Shown: positions 26,774-41,090, counted from the first letter of the stretch. The stretch is 64,000 bases of DNA from Octopus sinensis (GCF_006345805.1 NC_043010.1:54498001-54562000), one strand, 5' to 3'. The notes: generated by a model from the sequence alone, not told the origin. Program-made: numbers and translations.

Positions 26774-28361
26774 AGATGTCCTATTAATTCTGCCTTCCTC
26801 CAGGTATTACGAAGTTAGATAAATGGTTCTGGCATGTTTCCTGGAAGCAAACTTTTATGCACGAACTCACGCGCTCGCACACACACACACACACACGCAG
26901 ACACACACACACAAACACGCACTCTCAAATATACATATATACACATGTATACACACACACACATATATATATATGTTTGTGTACACTTGTCTGTACACAT
27001 AGATATATAGCTATATAGACACATAGTTATAAAGACATTATAACACAGATGAGATGGTGTTCACTACAGCTGTTTCGGATGTGTCCTGTGTTGATACACA
27101 AAATGTTTTGCAGCTTGAACACTATCTCCAGCAGCTTCCCGTAGCTATCTAATGTGAGCCTATGACCCTGTTCAAACGTATGTGGCGAGATAATGTTTCA
27201 CTCTCTGGAGACACGCACAAATATTATTACAGTCTGGGTGAACGTGATTTTCATTATACGTCGGACAAATCAGAGATTGAAGACAATCCACTTGTTGTTC
27301 CTAGCGGCAGTCGTGAAATCTGCTAAAAAATTATATAAGCTTTCCTTTTATATTGCTAAAATCTCATGCTAGGAGTGGAAAAGTTATTTTTTTGTTATTC
27401 ACTTTTTTCTTTGAATATTGTATATATAAAGGAAAACATCTAGAGAACGAAAAATAACTGTTCACATTCCCTTATACTCACATTCGCAATATTGAGTTTA
27501 AATGCCTGAATGAGAAAAGTGGATGGCTATTCGGTGGACTCGGAGTATCATATCTAAATATCAAGGACGTTCTGCCATTATACCAACACAACCCGTTGCC
27601 TTTTTCACCAGGCTTGTTAGAAGATTTGTATTTAGAAGCTGGAATCAAAGTTTTACACCTTATCAGATATAGCTTTATTTACTTCGAATGTCAACGTTAA
27701 AAGTATAGTTTTTTTGTATAGCTCAAAATTCTTATATTCTTATGAGGTGAAGAATATATGTGTATGAATATACGAAAACATTTATGTGATTGCGTGCGAG
27801 CGTATGTGTGAGATTTCATTACTTAATATTTATTTATAAATACATTAACATATATATGTGTTTCTGTATCTGCGTGAGTGTGTGTGAGTATGTGTGAATG
27901 CGCGCGCGCGTGTGTGCGTGCATACTGAATACATTCATACATGCAAGAACAAAGCAATGAAATATTGGAGTCTTTTAGAGAATGAGAGGTGGATTGAGGA
28001 TAGGATGAATATGGAGAGATATTGGGAATACTATATCTGAAAAATATAGTAAAGGAATGTCAATTATGAAATACCGCTAGCTCTGTTATATGCTTTCGTG
28101 GTCAAAACGAAGATGAGCGCTTAAATCACGTCTTCTATAGAAGTCCCGAACAATATGAACGAAAACACAGGTGTTACTGATGTTGGTGTAGTATACCTGA
28201 AGTAATAAGCAGACAACGTGCTAATTATTTGATAACTATTAAAAGAATGAAGAACAATATATGCGATGAGCAAAGCAGTATTGCAAAGTAACAGATAAAC
28301 TGAATATCTGCCTAGAAATTCCCATTTAGTAATTTGTAGAGTGTGTAACTCTCGAAAAAGA

Positions 28362-28740
28362 ATACTCTCTTTACTCTCTTTACTCTCTTTTACTTGTTTC
28401 AATCATTTGACTGCGGCCATGCTGGAACACCGCCTTTAGTCGAGCAAATCGAACCCGGGACTTATTCTTTGTAAGCCCAGTACTTATTCTATCGGTCTCT
28501 TTTGCCGAACCGCTAAGTGACGGGGACGTAAACACACCAGCATCGGTTGTCAAGCAATGCTAGGGGGACAAACACACACACATACACACACATATATATA
28601 CATATATACGACAGGCTTCTTTCAGTTTCCGTCTACCAAATCCACTCACAAGGCATTGGTCGGCCCGGGGCTATAGCAGAAGACACTTGCCCAGGATGCA
28701 TGTGGTTGGTTAGCAAGCTACTTACCACACAGCTACTCCT
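28362..28740 (-). mobile_element. Abundant tRNA-headed SINE (family A) with internal microsatellite
   Basis: Shared blocks (gctggagcaccgcctttagtcgag, tttccgtctaccaaatccactcacaagg) with other copies in the window. Confidence 0.85.
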
Positions 28741-29049
28741 AACTAATTATAATGGTTATCGTTTTACTATAAATTGCAAAATGCTCTATGGTAATGATAA
28801 TGATGGTTGCAGAGGTCTCTAGGACTCGGGTAGAATGTGTGTAGTTAGTTGTGAACAACAGTTGTAAAGAAATTCTAAAATTTAAAGCTGATAAATTGCT
28901 GGTGTGTGAAAAGCTGATATCATCTGGATTCAGCCGTGTAAGATATATGATATTTTGTCACCGTCGCCTTTACAGATTATTCAGCAGCAATCGCGCACGC
29001 ACATACGCACACACGCACATGTATATGACAAAGGAGATTTGTAGGTCCA

Positions 29050-29274
29050 TAGTTTTTTTTTTACTACCCACAAGGGGCTAAACACAGAGAGGACAAACAA
29101 GGATAGACAAACGGATTAAGTCGACCCCAGTGCGTAACTGGTACTTAATTTATCGACCCCGAAAGGATGAAAGGCAAAGTCGACCTCGGCAGAATTTGAA
29201 CTCTGAACGTAATGGCAGACGAAATACGGCTACGCATTTCGCCCGGCGTGCTAACGTTTCTGCCAGCTCGCCGC
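29050..29274 (-). mobile_element. SINE family B
   Basis: Reverse complement of 40479-40711 (ggcggcgagctggc...ttcggggtcga...gtgggtagtaaa). Confidence 0.85.
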
Positions 29275-29633
29275 ATAGTGTCGCTGTGTATGAGATATTG
29301 AGTACACATCCCTTCCACTTCCCGACATGATATTATTCTGACAACTAAACTTACCTCAGGATTCATATAAGATATATTTGATATTCATATTTTTTGAATA
29401 TCGAAAAAAACAAAAAAAGAAAATTAAAAAATTATAAATACGTATCAAGTTACACACTGTGTCATTCATCTCCAGCATCCAATATATAATATTAAGGTCA
29501 CGCGATTTGATATGTGGATATGGATTCTCGGAAATTAATATATAAATTTGATCTCATTATAAAAAAATCTCCTACATACAATTTCAAGCTGAGGCTCAAT
29601 AACAAAATAATCACTAATACTATGTATACAAGC

Positions 29634-29712
<79 letters not shown>

Positions 29713-29737
29713 TGTATGTATATATGCATGTATGTAT

Positions 29738-29778
<41 letters not shown>

Positions 29779-29911
29779 TGTAGTATATATATGCATGTAT
29801 GTATGTATCTGTGTGTATATATATATATATGTATGTATGTATATGTATATGTGTATGTATATGTATCTGTATGTATATCTATATCTATCTATCTATAGAT
29901 ATATAGATCTG

Positions 29912-29951
<40 letters not shown>

Positions 29952-29985
29952 ACGTGTGTGCGTGCTGCTTATGATATATGTGATT

Positions 29986-30030
<45 letters not shown>

Positions 30031-30166
30031 CGTGTGCGTGTGTGTGTGTTCGAGAGATATGGGAGAGAGAGAGAAAGAGATCGAAAGAGAGAGAGTATGT
30101 ATGAATATCATTAAACACTCACATCCAATTGTGATTTGGTTTACGTGCATTGCCTGAGTGTATATC

Positions 30167-30218
<52 letters not shown>

Positions 30219-31125
30219 GTGCGCGTGTTTGAGCGTGTGTTTCTAAATATTTTGATCATAAACTGGTGCCATGAATATTGTTGTCATCTGTTGTGTAGTA
30301 GACACGGAATTAAAACAGTCAGCAATTCCTTTCCAATGTCTCCTTCAGTGACAGATGCAGAATTTTGTATTGGTTGAATCCTCGTTGAAAATTATACATT
30401 CATCAATCACGTAAAATATTAAACAGGTGTAGTTAACAGAGTTGCTTTTAACATAGTGTATAGTCTAGTGTAGAATGATCACAATGCGGTTTCGAATTTG
30501 AACCGATGCAAGCACACGTATTGTCGCTACTAATTTACTGAAGAATAAATGTTTTACGATGCCATTATCCTTTTATGGTGCCTGTCAGGCGCCCCGTAAT
30601 CCAAAAAATCTGCCACATGAATATGAAGAATGTCTTTTATTTTCCAATGTCTATTTTCGAATTAAATCGTCATTTTTATTTTTCTAAACCTCCTCTCGTT
30701 CAATACATATATTCTACGCTTTAAAACATTTTTTGATACGTTTCCATGGATATTTAACAGAACGTAGTTACGCCTGAGAATAGAAGTTGAGGAGAGAGAT
30801 TCACTTCTCGCTTTAATGATGTTGTAGAGTTTATATAAAAAGTGAAGAGCGTACATATATTGTTGTATAATAATTTTATTTGTTCTTTGTTCCCATGAAA
30901 TAAAGATGATAAAGTCGCTGGTATTCGTGAACAGTATTATTTCGTCTCGTTAGTATGACATAACTCGGGAATTAAGCTAAATTCATTTCTTCTTCTTCTC
31001 ATCATCATCATCATCATCATCATCTTCTTCTTCTTCTTCTTCTTTCTTCTTCTTCTTCTTCTTCTTCTTCTTCTTCTTCTTCTTCTTCTTCTTCTAATTA
31101 TTATCATTATTATTATTATTATTAC

Positions 31126-31185
<60 letters not shown>

Positions 31186-31208
31186 CATCATCATCATTAT
31201 TATTGTTA

Positions 31209-31671
31209 TTGAGTGAGAGAGCAGTGCATGCCATCGAAGTGACACTGCGGTAAAATATACGAAGCCCAGTATACCCATCATAACAACCCATCTGATAAGG
31301 ATACACCTGGCACATGCATCACAACCATATGTACGTGATATGGTGATCTCAAATCAAGATAAACAGTGCATGACCCTGCAGGTGGGGCCCAGTCAGAATT
31401 TTCTTCTGATCGAGTAACCCATCCCGCTCAAAAGGTCACTGAATAAGGGTTGTTTAAGGATGTTGAACGAAGCCCCCATATTTCCAAAAGGAGAATTATC
31501 CAAACCTCTAAGAATTCCTTTCAACACAAAGCTATGATGCTCCCCACTACTTCTGCTCGTGATCAGAGACGCATATATCGTCAGCCACTTAGGGGCATGC
31601 TCAACTGGTTAAGGTCAATCAACTGACAAGCAAATATGTGGTATTGAGCAAAATATTTGCTGTAGCCCATT
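31209..31671 (-). mobile_element. Second, 5'-shorter copy of the 21295-21850 retroposon
   Basis: Reverse-complement match; flanked by (ATT)n-type tracts. Confidence 0.78.
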
Positions 31672-31710
31672 ATCATTATTAATGTAATCATCATCATCTC
31701 ATCATCATCA

Positions 31711-31773
<63 letters not shown>

Positions 31774-32424
31774 TTAGTAGTATTAGTAGCAGCAGTAGTA
31801 GTAGTAGTAGTAGTAGCAACAGCAGTAGTAGAAGCTATTCGTGTTGCTTTTCCAACAATTGTTAAAAGAATGTTAAAAGAATTCGTGTTCGTTGTGGCTT
31901 ACTAGCATGGTCATTGTCGTCGTCGTTACACTTAACTTCACTGTAGATTAGTTAGAAACGATTTGAAAGAAAGATTGCCAAGCAAATGTATGAATGGTAT
32001 ATTTGGTAATTACTCGAGGGAATAACATAAAGTAAACAACAACCTACTGTAAACAGTGTTCTATATCTTAAGGCTTCATAAATGTGGTACTAGATATGAC
32101 GAACGGGGAATATATAGTGTATATATATTAGGATAATTGCCTTCAAATTCGTTTCCACGAAATTGAAATTACCAAACGTCTATCTATTGATTAACCAGTT
32201 TTAATGATAAACACAATAAGGCATTATGGAATAAACAAAACATTGCGTAAAAATGCACGTTTTCATTCAACTAACAACTGAAGAAATATAGAAGATATGC
32301 AAATAAGAATGATGTGTATACATATGTTTGTGTATACATAGAGCTATACACCTGCACACCTCCACATGCGCTCACAAGCGCATGCACGCACACATGCACA
32401 CACAAGTACACAAATATGCATACA

Positions 32425-32560
32425 TGTGGTGAGAAGCTTGCTTCCCAACTACATCATGTTCCTGGTTCAGCCCCACTACGTGGCACTAGCCAAGCATCTT
32501 CGATTACAGCCTGGGTTTGACTAAAACAATGTGAGCAGCCTTGTCAGACGGAAACTGAAG
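32425..32560 (+). mobile_element. SINE family A head fragment
   Basis: Degenerate gtggtgagaagcttgcttcccaac...ggttcagccccactacgtggcac. Confidence 0.6.
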
Positions 32561-33733
32561 GTAGTTATATATTCATATATATATAACGAAATGTCAGTGC
32601 TAAGCAGTGTTCAGGCATAAGCAAAATGTAAGTTAGTTGCAACATCTTTCTGACATATTTCAAAACCTAAACGGCAAATGGATTGCACATACCGTGGAGA
32701 ATATTTCTCTCTCATAGTAAAGAGATGTGAAAACATCCGGTTCGGTCAGTGTCGCAATCTATTAGGAATCCTACACATTGATTTATCTAGTTTCTTGGCT
32801 CTTGTCCATGTCCTTTTTTAAGACCGACAGCATGAGAATTTACATACTTCGCTATGCCATTAAGCCACTGGAAAATACACATGGTATATACATTACTATA
32901 TGAATTTAATGATATTTATAAAATCCTTTTTAACAATTTATATAATTCGCTGTCTTCATAATTTGATTCTACAATTAAGGACACAAATACCGGTAGAAAT
33001 GGAACCATTGAAAATGTAACTACTGAAATTCAACCTTTCTCGTGAATTACTTTTCGTACACTACCTATTTATCAGCTACTGTATTTATAATATTCGTGTG
33101 ATGCAAATACGAAACGTGTTTCGATATGATAATTCCATTATTATGACATCCTTTAACATTTTAGCGGTTGAACCTTGCAGAAATCAGAAACCCTACTAAT
33201 GTAACAAAACAACAGTAATTGAGATACTTTGCACACATTCTCATTTCCCGCAGCTCTTTTGGTGAAATACAATATGTATTGTATAGTCTCGATATAATTT
33301 ATCTCATAGGTGGTTCGATAGAAACGGCAATTGTTTGACACATTCCCTCTTGCAATAATGCATATGTTTGTAACTCTTTGAAATTCTCAAGGCAAAATAT
33401 GAAAATATCCATTTACAACAGGAAGTTAAAAACCTATATTCCGAAGACATGCTGCCAGTCTATTCTTAAAAACTGCTTGTTTCCGTTATACATCTAGTTT
33501 GTACATAATTTTGAATTCATAAAATGTAGCCTGCATTGTAATGAATCAGTTCGTTCCAGGAACACAACGTAATGCTTAAATATTGAAGAACTAATGAATA
33601 CATACGTTAGAAATTTATACCTTTCGAATTTTAATTATGAGATGCCCGCCTCTCGATGAATATATCGCTTAGGAGCTCTTCTTATCTCCCTCTCTTACTC
33701 TCCCCCTCTCTCTCTCTCTCTCTCTCGTATTAT

Positions 33734-33779
<46 letters not shown>

Positions 33780-33784
33780 CTTCT

Positions 33785-33900
33785 TTTATTCTTTTATTTT
33801 GTTTCAGTCAATTGACTGCGGCCATGCTGGAGCATAGCCATAAAGGGATTTTCCTAGAAGAAATTCGACTTCAACAGGTATTCTTTGTAAAACTTGTACT
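33785..33900 (-). mobile_element. SINE family A tail fragment
   Basis: tttgtttcagtcaattgactgcggccatgctggagca. Confidence 0.65.
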
Positions 33901-34384
33901 CTCCCCACATCACTTCGAATCTTACTCTTTAACAAGAGTATGCTGCACTCGTATCTCTACTTAGTTACTCAAATTCACCTCTAGCTATTTATCTATCTAA
34001 CACCATGATGATAAAACTAATAACAGTAAAGCACACAAACAAATACATATATTATTACCTGCACTTCAGCTTTAGTCGTCGATACCGAATCACTCAACTG
34101 TCTCCAACTTACATCGTGACTGGCCCCTAGCTTGGTCGATGACTACAAATCTCATCACACATCCACTCGCTACCTAAATTCCTAATACAATTCCACCTCT
34201 TTAATGGCTCCGATTTTTTCAATTCAAGGCCAGCTTCGTGCAAGGATGTTCTGTCGTTTTGAAAGTATATGCATAAATACGGTTTTTTTTCTCTATGATG
34301 TAATGTACTCATCAAATAAAATGCGTAAGAAGCAGCTCTAATGAACTGACATTTATCTTTGTTATATGTCTGTCTGTCTGTCTG

Positions 34385-34431
<47 letters not shown>

Positions 34432-34519
34432 ATATATATATATCTATATATATATATCTATCTATCTGTCTATCTGTCTATCAATCTATCTATCTATCTA
34501 TTTATCTCCTCTCTCTCTT

Positions 34520-34553
<34 letters not shown>

Positions 34554-34698
34554 CTGTGTGTGTATGTATATATTTACATAAATATACAGCTAAGCACTTA
34601 TATATATATATATATCTATATATATATATGTATGTATATATCTATACATTTATGTGTACATATATATATAATATATATATATAATATAATATGTATAT

Positions 34699-36264
34699 AT
34701 AATTAATCAATATAGGGTGGCAAAAAAAAAAATTTTTGTAGAATTTTTTTGCCACCAGCGGCCTAGTGGGAAAAAATTAACTAGTCATAGACCATTTTTA
34801 AGTTCAACATCAACAATCAAGGAACGGCCATAATAGGCCATTCACCCACTAGAAATAACAGCCAAAGCTTCAAATTTTTTTTTGCCACCCTATATTGATT
34901 AATTATGAATTTTCTGGTTAATTCCGTAATAGAATCGACGGCTTATATTTATTTGCTGCCGATAAATTTGGCGCGAGTGCGCTGATTTGAAAATTTTAGG
35001 TCAGATATTACCTTGGCAGGGTCGGAATGCCTCGTGTAAATATCTGTTCCGACTTGGGCTATTTCTTACTGAAGAATCTGAGGGCCTATGGAAGATTGGC
35101 TTGATTTAATTTAATCAGGTTAGTTTGCCATTAAACAGCAGATGAAACGGTGCATCGTATAAGAAATTACAGGGTAAATGTTTTTTAAATTCTCTCCTGT
35201 TTACGAATTGATTTTTATTTGCGGTTGAAGCTTTGGCTGTTATTTCTAGTGGGTGAATGGCCTATTATGGCCGTTCCTTGATTGTTGATGTTGAACTTAA
35301 AATGGTCTATGAACTATTTAATTTTTTCCCACTAGGCCGCTGGTGGCAAAAAAATTCTACAAAATTTTTTTTGGCACCCTATATTGATTAATTATGAATT
35401 TTCTGGTTAATTCCGTAATGGAATCGACGGCTTATATTTATTTGCTGCCGATAAATTTGGCGCGAGTGCGATGATTTGAAAATTTTAGGTCAGATATTAC
35501 CTTGGCAGGGTCGGAATGCCTCGTGTAATATCTGTTCCGACTTGGGCTATTTCTTACTGAAGAATCTGAGGGCCATGGAAAATTGGCTTGATTTAATTTA
35601 ATCAGGTTAGTTTGCCATTAAACAGCAGATGAAACGGTGCATCGTATAAGAATTACAGGGTAAATGTTTTTTAAATTTTCCCCTGTTTACGGAATTGATT
35701 TTTATTTGCGGTTGAAGCTTTGGCTGTTATTTCTAGTGGGTGAATGGCCTATTATGGCCGTTCCTTGATTGTTGATGTTGAACTTAAAATGGTCTATGAC
35801 TATTTAATTTTTTCCCCTAGGAGGCCGCTGGTGGCAAAAAAATTCTACAAAATTTTTTTTGCCACCCTATATTGATTAATTATGAATTTTCTGGTTAATT
35901 CCGTAATGGAATCGACGGCTTATATTTATTTGCTGCCGATAATTTGGCGCGAGTGCGATGATTTGAAAATTTCAGGTCAGATATTACCTTGGCAGGGTCG
36001 GAAATGCCTCGTGTAAATATCTGTTCCGACTTGCTATTTCTTACTGAGAATCTGAGGGCCTATGGAAGATTGGCTTGATTTAATTTAATCAGGTTAGTTT
36101 GCCATTAAACAGCAGATGAAACGGTGCATCGTATAAGAAATTACAGGGTAAATGTTTTTTAAATTTTCTCCTGTTTACGGAATTGATTTTTATTTGCGGT
36201 TGAAGCTTTGGCTGTTATTTCTAGTGGGTGAATGGCCTATTATGGCCGTTCCTTGATTGTTGAT
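34699..36264. repeat. ~489-bp tandem array (2.85 units) preceded by an inverted ~175-bp segment, between (TA)n tracts
   Basis: Marker tatattgattaatt at 34891, 35380, 35868; 34699-34873 is the reverse complement of the unit end. Confidence 0.92.
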
Positions 36265-36984
36265 ATATGTATATATATATATATGTATATATATGTATAT
36301 ATATATGTATATATATATATATATATGTGTGTGTGCGTGTATGTATATATGAGCATGTATACATACATAGACACAAACATATTTGGCGACAAACCCACTG
36401 GATACGACAAAATTGATGCACTTCAATATCTTTTCAAACGGACGTCCATATTTATTTGCTTGATACAGATATGGGGACATGCAAACAGGAATTTAATTTC
36501 CTGTATGCACAAGACGATGGTCGTTGCACAGCTGGAGAGATACGACAATAAGCGAAATGTAGACACAGCAACATATTTCTGTATTTACGCCTCCATATCT
36601 GTTCCAATCAATGGATGCCTTTTTCGCGTGTTGGCGCGTGTTTGCCTTTGTATGTGTGTGTATATATATGAAGCATGTATATAAAATATCCGATTTAATG
36701 TTCTTTTTTTGGCACACACATTTGACGACATTTACTCATCATTGCATCAAGAACAGAGATGATTTTGTGACGCAATTGGTCATACTGTGAGCATCTGTCA
36801 GAACTTAAGAAAATTGAATCAAGAGAATAATCTTCTAAAACATTCATTACCAAGTATTAAACACAGACATTCAGTAATTGCGAAGTTTAGAATTACTCGT
36901 TTTACTCTTTCAGTCAAAATCGACACTAGAAAATGGCAATGTATGTATATATGATAGATCGTTAGCTCCTACACGCATTTTTTC

Positions 36985-37150
36985 TCTCCTTGTTTCTCTC
37001 CTAGTTTTTTTTTTCTGTGTATCTTTCTGTCGAAGAACGTAGGCTCGAAACGTAAAAGACTTGTTCTATTTCTATTCCTGAGCGCCATACTAATATATTT
37101 GTTTGTTTGTACTCCACCTGCCTTCGTTTTTTTGTTTACTTTCGTAAACC
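36985..37150 (+). mobile_element. Short (TA)n-associated element with hammerhead-like motif (37022-37059)
   Basis: tcttt-CTGTCGA-AGAACGTAGGCTC-GAAAC-GTA-aaaga; related copy at 61735-61915. Confidence 0.65.
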
Positions 37151-37159
37151 TTCCCGTTA

Positions 37160-37200
<41 letters not shown>

Positions 37201-37206
37201 GTAAAT

Positions 37207-37364
37207 ATATGTGACAATTATTCGGTAGCCAAGATAAAACTCCGAGTTTCGGATGCCGATGGGGGAATCCACAATGAAAGAGCATTTTTCCGATGGCCGG
37301 ATAACTAAAGAGCTGGCGGCGAAACTCGGAGTTTTATCATGGCTATCGAATAATTGTCACATAT
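37207..37364. repeat. Fold-back/MITE-like inverted repeat (45-bp arms, 68-bp spacer)
   Basis: atatgtgacaattattcggtagccaagataaaactccgagtttcg vs its near-perfect reverse complement (2 mismatches). Confidence 0.9.
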
Positions 37365-37784
37365 TACATCCCTCTCTTTAGATGATATCGAGGTCTCTCT
37401 CATTCTCTTGTTGTCTTACTAAGTTTATCAATATATATATATATATATATAACTTACATATTCTGCGCAAGGATATACGCCAAATAAATTTTAGCAATCT
37501 GATTTGAAAGACTTTTGCCAATTAGGTTTCATAATTTTCTATATAATGATGAGCGAAAGTTGTTTTTTAATGCCTAGTGACCGCAAAAACTAATGTAGCG
37601 CACTCGAAGCGTTGATTCCCGACATTAATACACATCTATATTAAATTCTGATTTCATGAATTTTTTAAATATAATCATTTCATATATATTTAAAAATATA
37701 CTCACACACATCCTCGCATTCACCACCCCTGCCACAGATATACATACATACATACATACATATATACATACATACATACATATA

Positions 37785-37846
<62 letters not shown>

Positions 37847-37952
37847 CACACATACACACACCTATATATATATATATATACTTATGTACATCACTATATA
37901 TATATGAATATGCATGTGCGTATGTATGTGTGTATCTGTCATCTATCTATCC

Positions 37953-38003
<51 letters not shown>

Positions 38004-38052
38004 CATCTATCTATCTAACCGTTTATCTATCTATCTATCTCCCTCTCCGTGA

Positions 38053-38147
<95 letters not shown>

Positions 38148-38212
38148 GTAAATACACACATATATATATATGTAAGTATTATATACCCGCACAAACGTTT
38201 ATATGTGTCTAC

Positions 38213-38243
<31 letters not shown>

Positions 38244-38934
38244 ATATATGTATGCGTGTTTATGTGTGACTGTGCACGCGTGTGTGTCCGAGTGCGTGTG
38301 CGTAGGTGTGTGTTTGTCTTTGTATGTGTGTGTGTGTGTGCGTGTATTTCACTGTAATACAAAGAATATATTCATTAACTCTCACGTAATTACTCGTGGA
38401 AACTTTAACCGAGTCAGAATCATCCAGACATACAACTAATATATGAAATTACACCATCAGATTTGTGTTAGAACCAGAGGCTAAAATTTATTGAGACATC
38501 AAGCAGCGGCTTTTTAAAGTTACACTTTCTCTCCTCTCTCTAACTCTCCTCATCTTATTTGTACTTGATTTCACTCTGTTTTTGTTTTATTCTAATTTTC
38601 ATAACGTACTCTCCTTCTCACTTTCTCTCTCCCACGATTGCCTTCAAAATTTCAACTAAATTTCTTAAATCTAAAAATAACCCAAAATTTCTAGACATCA
38701 GTATTGTTTTACCGCCTTTTCTATTCTTTGTTATTTTTGTTGATATTTTCTCAGTTATATTTAAATTATTAATTTCAGTTAGGATTTGAGTTTGCTTTTA
38801 TTTAACGTCTGAAATATATTATTGTTTCCATTTCATATTTTTAAGAAATTCCTATGATTCTATTTTTCTTACGCGAAAATATTTCGATACGAACAATATA
38901 AATAGTAGCAACATCATTTCCATCATCACAATCA

Positions 38935-39309
38935 GTGGAGGCGCAATGGCCTAGTAGTTATGGCAGCGGACTTGCGGTCGGAGGATCGCGGGTTCGATTC
39001 CCAAACTGGGCGTTGTGTGTATTTATTGAGCGAAAACACCTAAAGCTCCACGACGCTCCGGCAGGGGATGGTGACAACCCCGGTTTTACTCTTTCGCTCC
39101 AACTTTCTCTCACTCTTTCTTCCTGTTTCTTGTCCCCGACTTCCTACGCAACCGCTGAGCCTGAATGTGCATTCATCCATCTGTCAATGCTCTCGGTGTC
39201 GGGAGTTGACCTGCTTTCTCTTCTGTTGATCTTTCGATTAGCAAAGGACCACGTTTCGGACTTCTCCCACTACACTCGGGGACGAAGACTGCTTCGCTCA
39301 AAGAAATAA
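38935..39309 (+). mobile_element. tRNA-derived SINE (same head as 15416 copy, different 3' half), probable 10-bp TSD
   Basis: Head ggaggcgcaatggcctag...; ATCATCACAA at 38922-38931 and 39310-39319. Confidence 0.82.
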
Positions 39310-40478
39310 ATCATCACAAACAATATTATGCGTAACTTGTTTATCATCAGATTATTATTAATAACAATCTTTTTTCTTGGTACTTTAACTATTTCGTAAT
39401 ACTAATAATTGTAATAAAACTATCATTAATATTTAGGTCGTGGATAATTGCAACTTCAAATAATCGGGCAAAAAAATTCAATGTGCTGTAGTTAAGCTGC
39501 TAGCGCCTACTTTTCAGTTTTAAATTCTACCTGCATGTACATTAAAGAAATACACTTATCAATAACGAAATGAAGTCAGATTGACTCGCCTGAAACCCTT
39601 CTTCGAAAATGTTAAAATGTATATCTATATTACAATTCAAGATATTATTGCGAGATAGGATGCATGCCAAAAGCATTAATTGGTCACATTCTCTAACACC
39701 GCAGATTGAATAAGTCTATATTATTTGTATACAGCCCGTTCCTTTCTGATCTGGAATTTTTCGCGTGGTTACATACGTATTTCATCCTTCTGACACTGAT
39801 AAAATCAGAGATACTCAAATAACTTCGGTCTGTGAAAAACATATAATAGAAATGCTTGAGAAAAGTTTTAGAACATAGGCTAAAACATTTCAGTTCCCGA
39901 CCATATCAAATTTCGCTTCAATTCACCGAAAATAGAAACTTTACGCACCATTTAATCAATACAGTCGATTATATCGACTCATTAAGTATAACCAAATTTT
40001 GGGTCCTTAATTTTATGACACCATTAGTATTAAAAATGTGGCGGCTAAATAAATGTAGCTTCTGGAAAATCATTTTCAGTATTTCTTCTCGTTTTTGTAA
40101 CTTCTGAATTAAAATCTATCCTAGGTCAGTTTTACCTCTTTTTTTTTATTACGGTATCAATAAACTAAATTACGAGACAAATATTTGAGTCTATGCTCTC
40201 GGCAGAACCCTCTTTCAAAATTGTACTTCATGTATTTTAATTCGTAAAGCATTCAAGTATTTGAAGCTTCCAGAGTCAATAGAACACCTAAAAATGCATT
40301 GACGCATTTTCACAATCCATTAACGTTTTGATTTCGAAAACCCCCCCAATGTTGACATTGCTTTTCCTCCCTGAATAAGATAAAAAGCCAATAATGTAAT
40401 CGGGTTGATATAATGTTTTTTGATGTTATCCGTCCTCTCATTTACCAGCCATGTACTTAGAGTAGAAATTATTATTAA

Positions 40479-41090
40479 GGGCGGCGAGCTGGCGGAGCCG
40501 TTCGCGCGCCTGGCGAAATGCTTAGCGGTATTTTGTCTGCGGTTACGTTCTGAGTTCAAATTCCGCCGAAGTCGACTTTACCTTTCATCCTTTCGGGGTC
40601 GATTAAATAAGTACCAGTTATGCACTGGAGTCGATGTAATCGACTTAATCCGTTTGTCTCTCCTTGTTTGTCCCCTCTTTGTTTAGCCCCTTGTGGGTAG
40701 TAAAGAAATAGGTATTTCGTCTGCTGTTACATTTTGAGTTCAAATTCCGCCGAGGTCGAGTTTGCCATTCATCATTTCGGGGTCGGTAAATTTAGTATCA
40801 GTTACGCACTCGGGTCCATGTAATTCCTTCCCCCAAATGTGTGGCCGTGTGCTTCCAGTAGAAAAGTTTATCATTATTATTAAGGCAGTGAGTTGATATA
40901 ACCGTTCATACACCGGATAAAATATTTAGGCATGTTTCGTCCTTCTTTGCATCCTGACCTCAAATTCCACCATGGTCGACTCTGCTACTAATCCTTTTCG
41001 GGGTCAAAAACTGAGTACAAGTCGAGCACTCGACCGATTTATTTAACTTACCCCGCCCCAACCCAAATTACGGACTTTGTGCGAAAACGG
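40479..41090 (+). mobile_element. Three stacked SINE family B modules of increasing divergence
   Basis: Core ttcaaattccgccga.gtcga...ttcggggtc at about 40555, 40738 and 40960. Confidence 0.8.

Noticed and set aside
27062-27085. GAAACAGCTGTA on the minus strand
   Set aside because: Only the 3' half of a hammerhead; no CUGANGA upstream
35002-35053. HDV-like ribozyme call
   Set aside because: P3/L3, P1.1 and the catalytic C do not fit; kept only as a pseudoknot candidate
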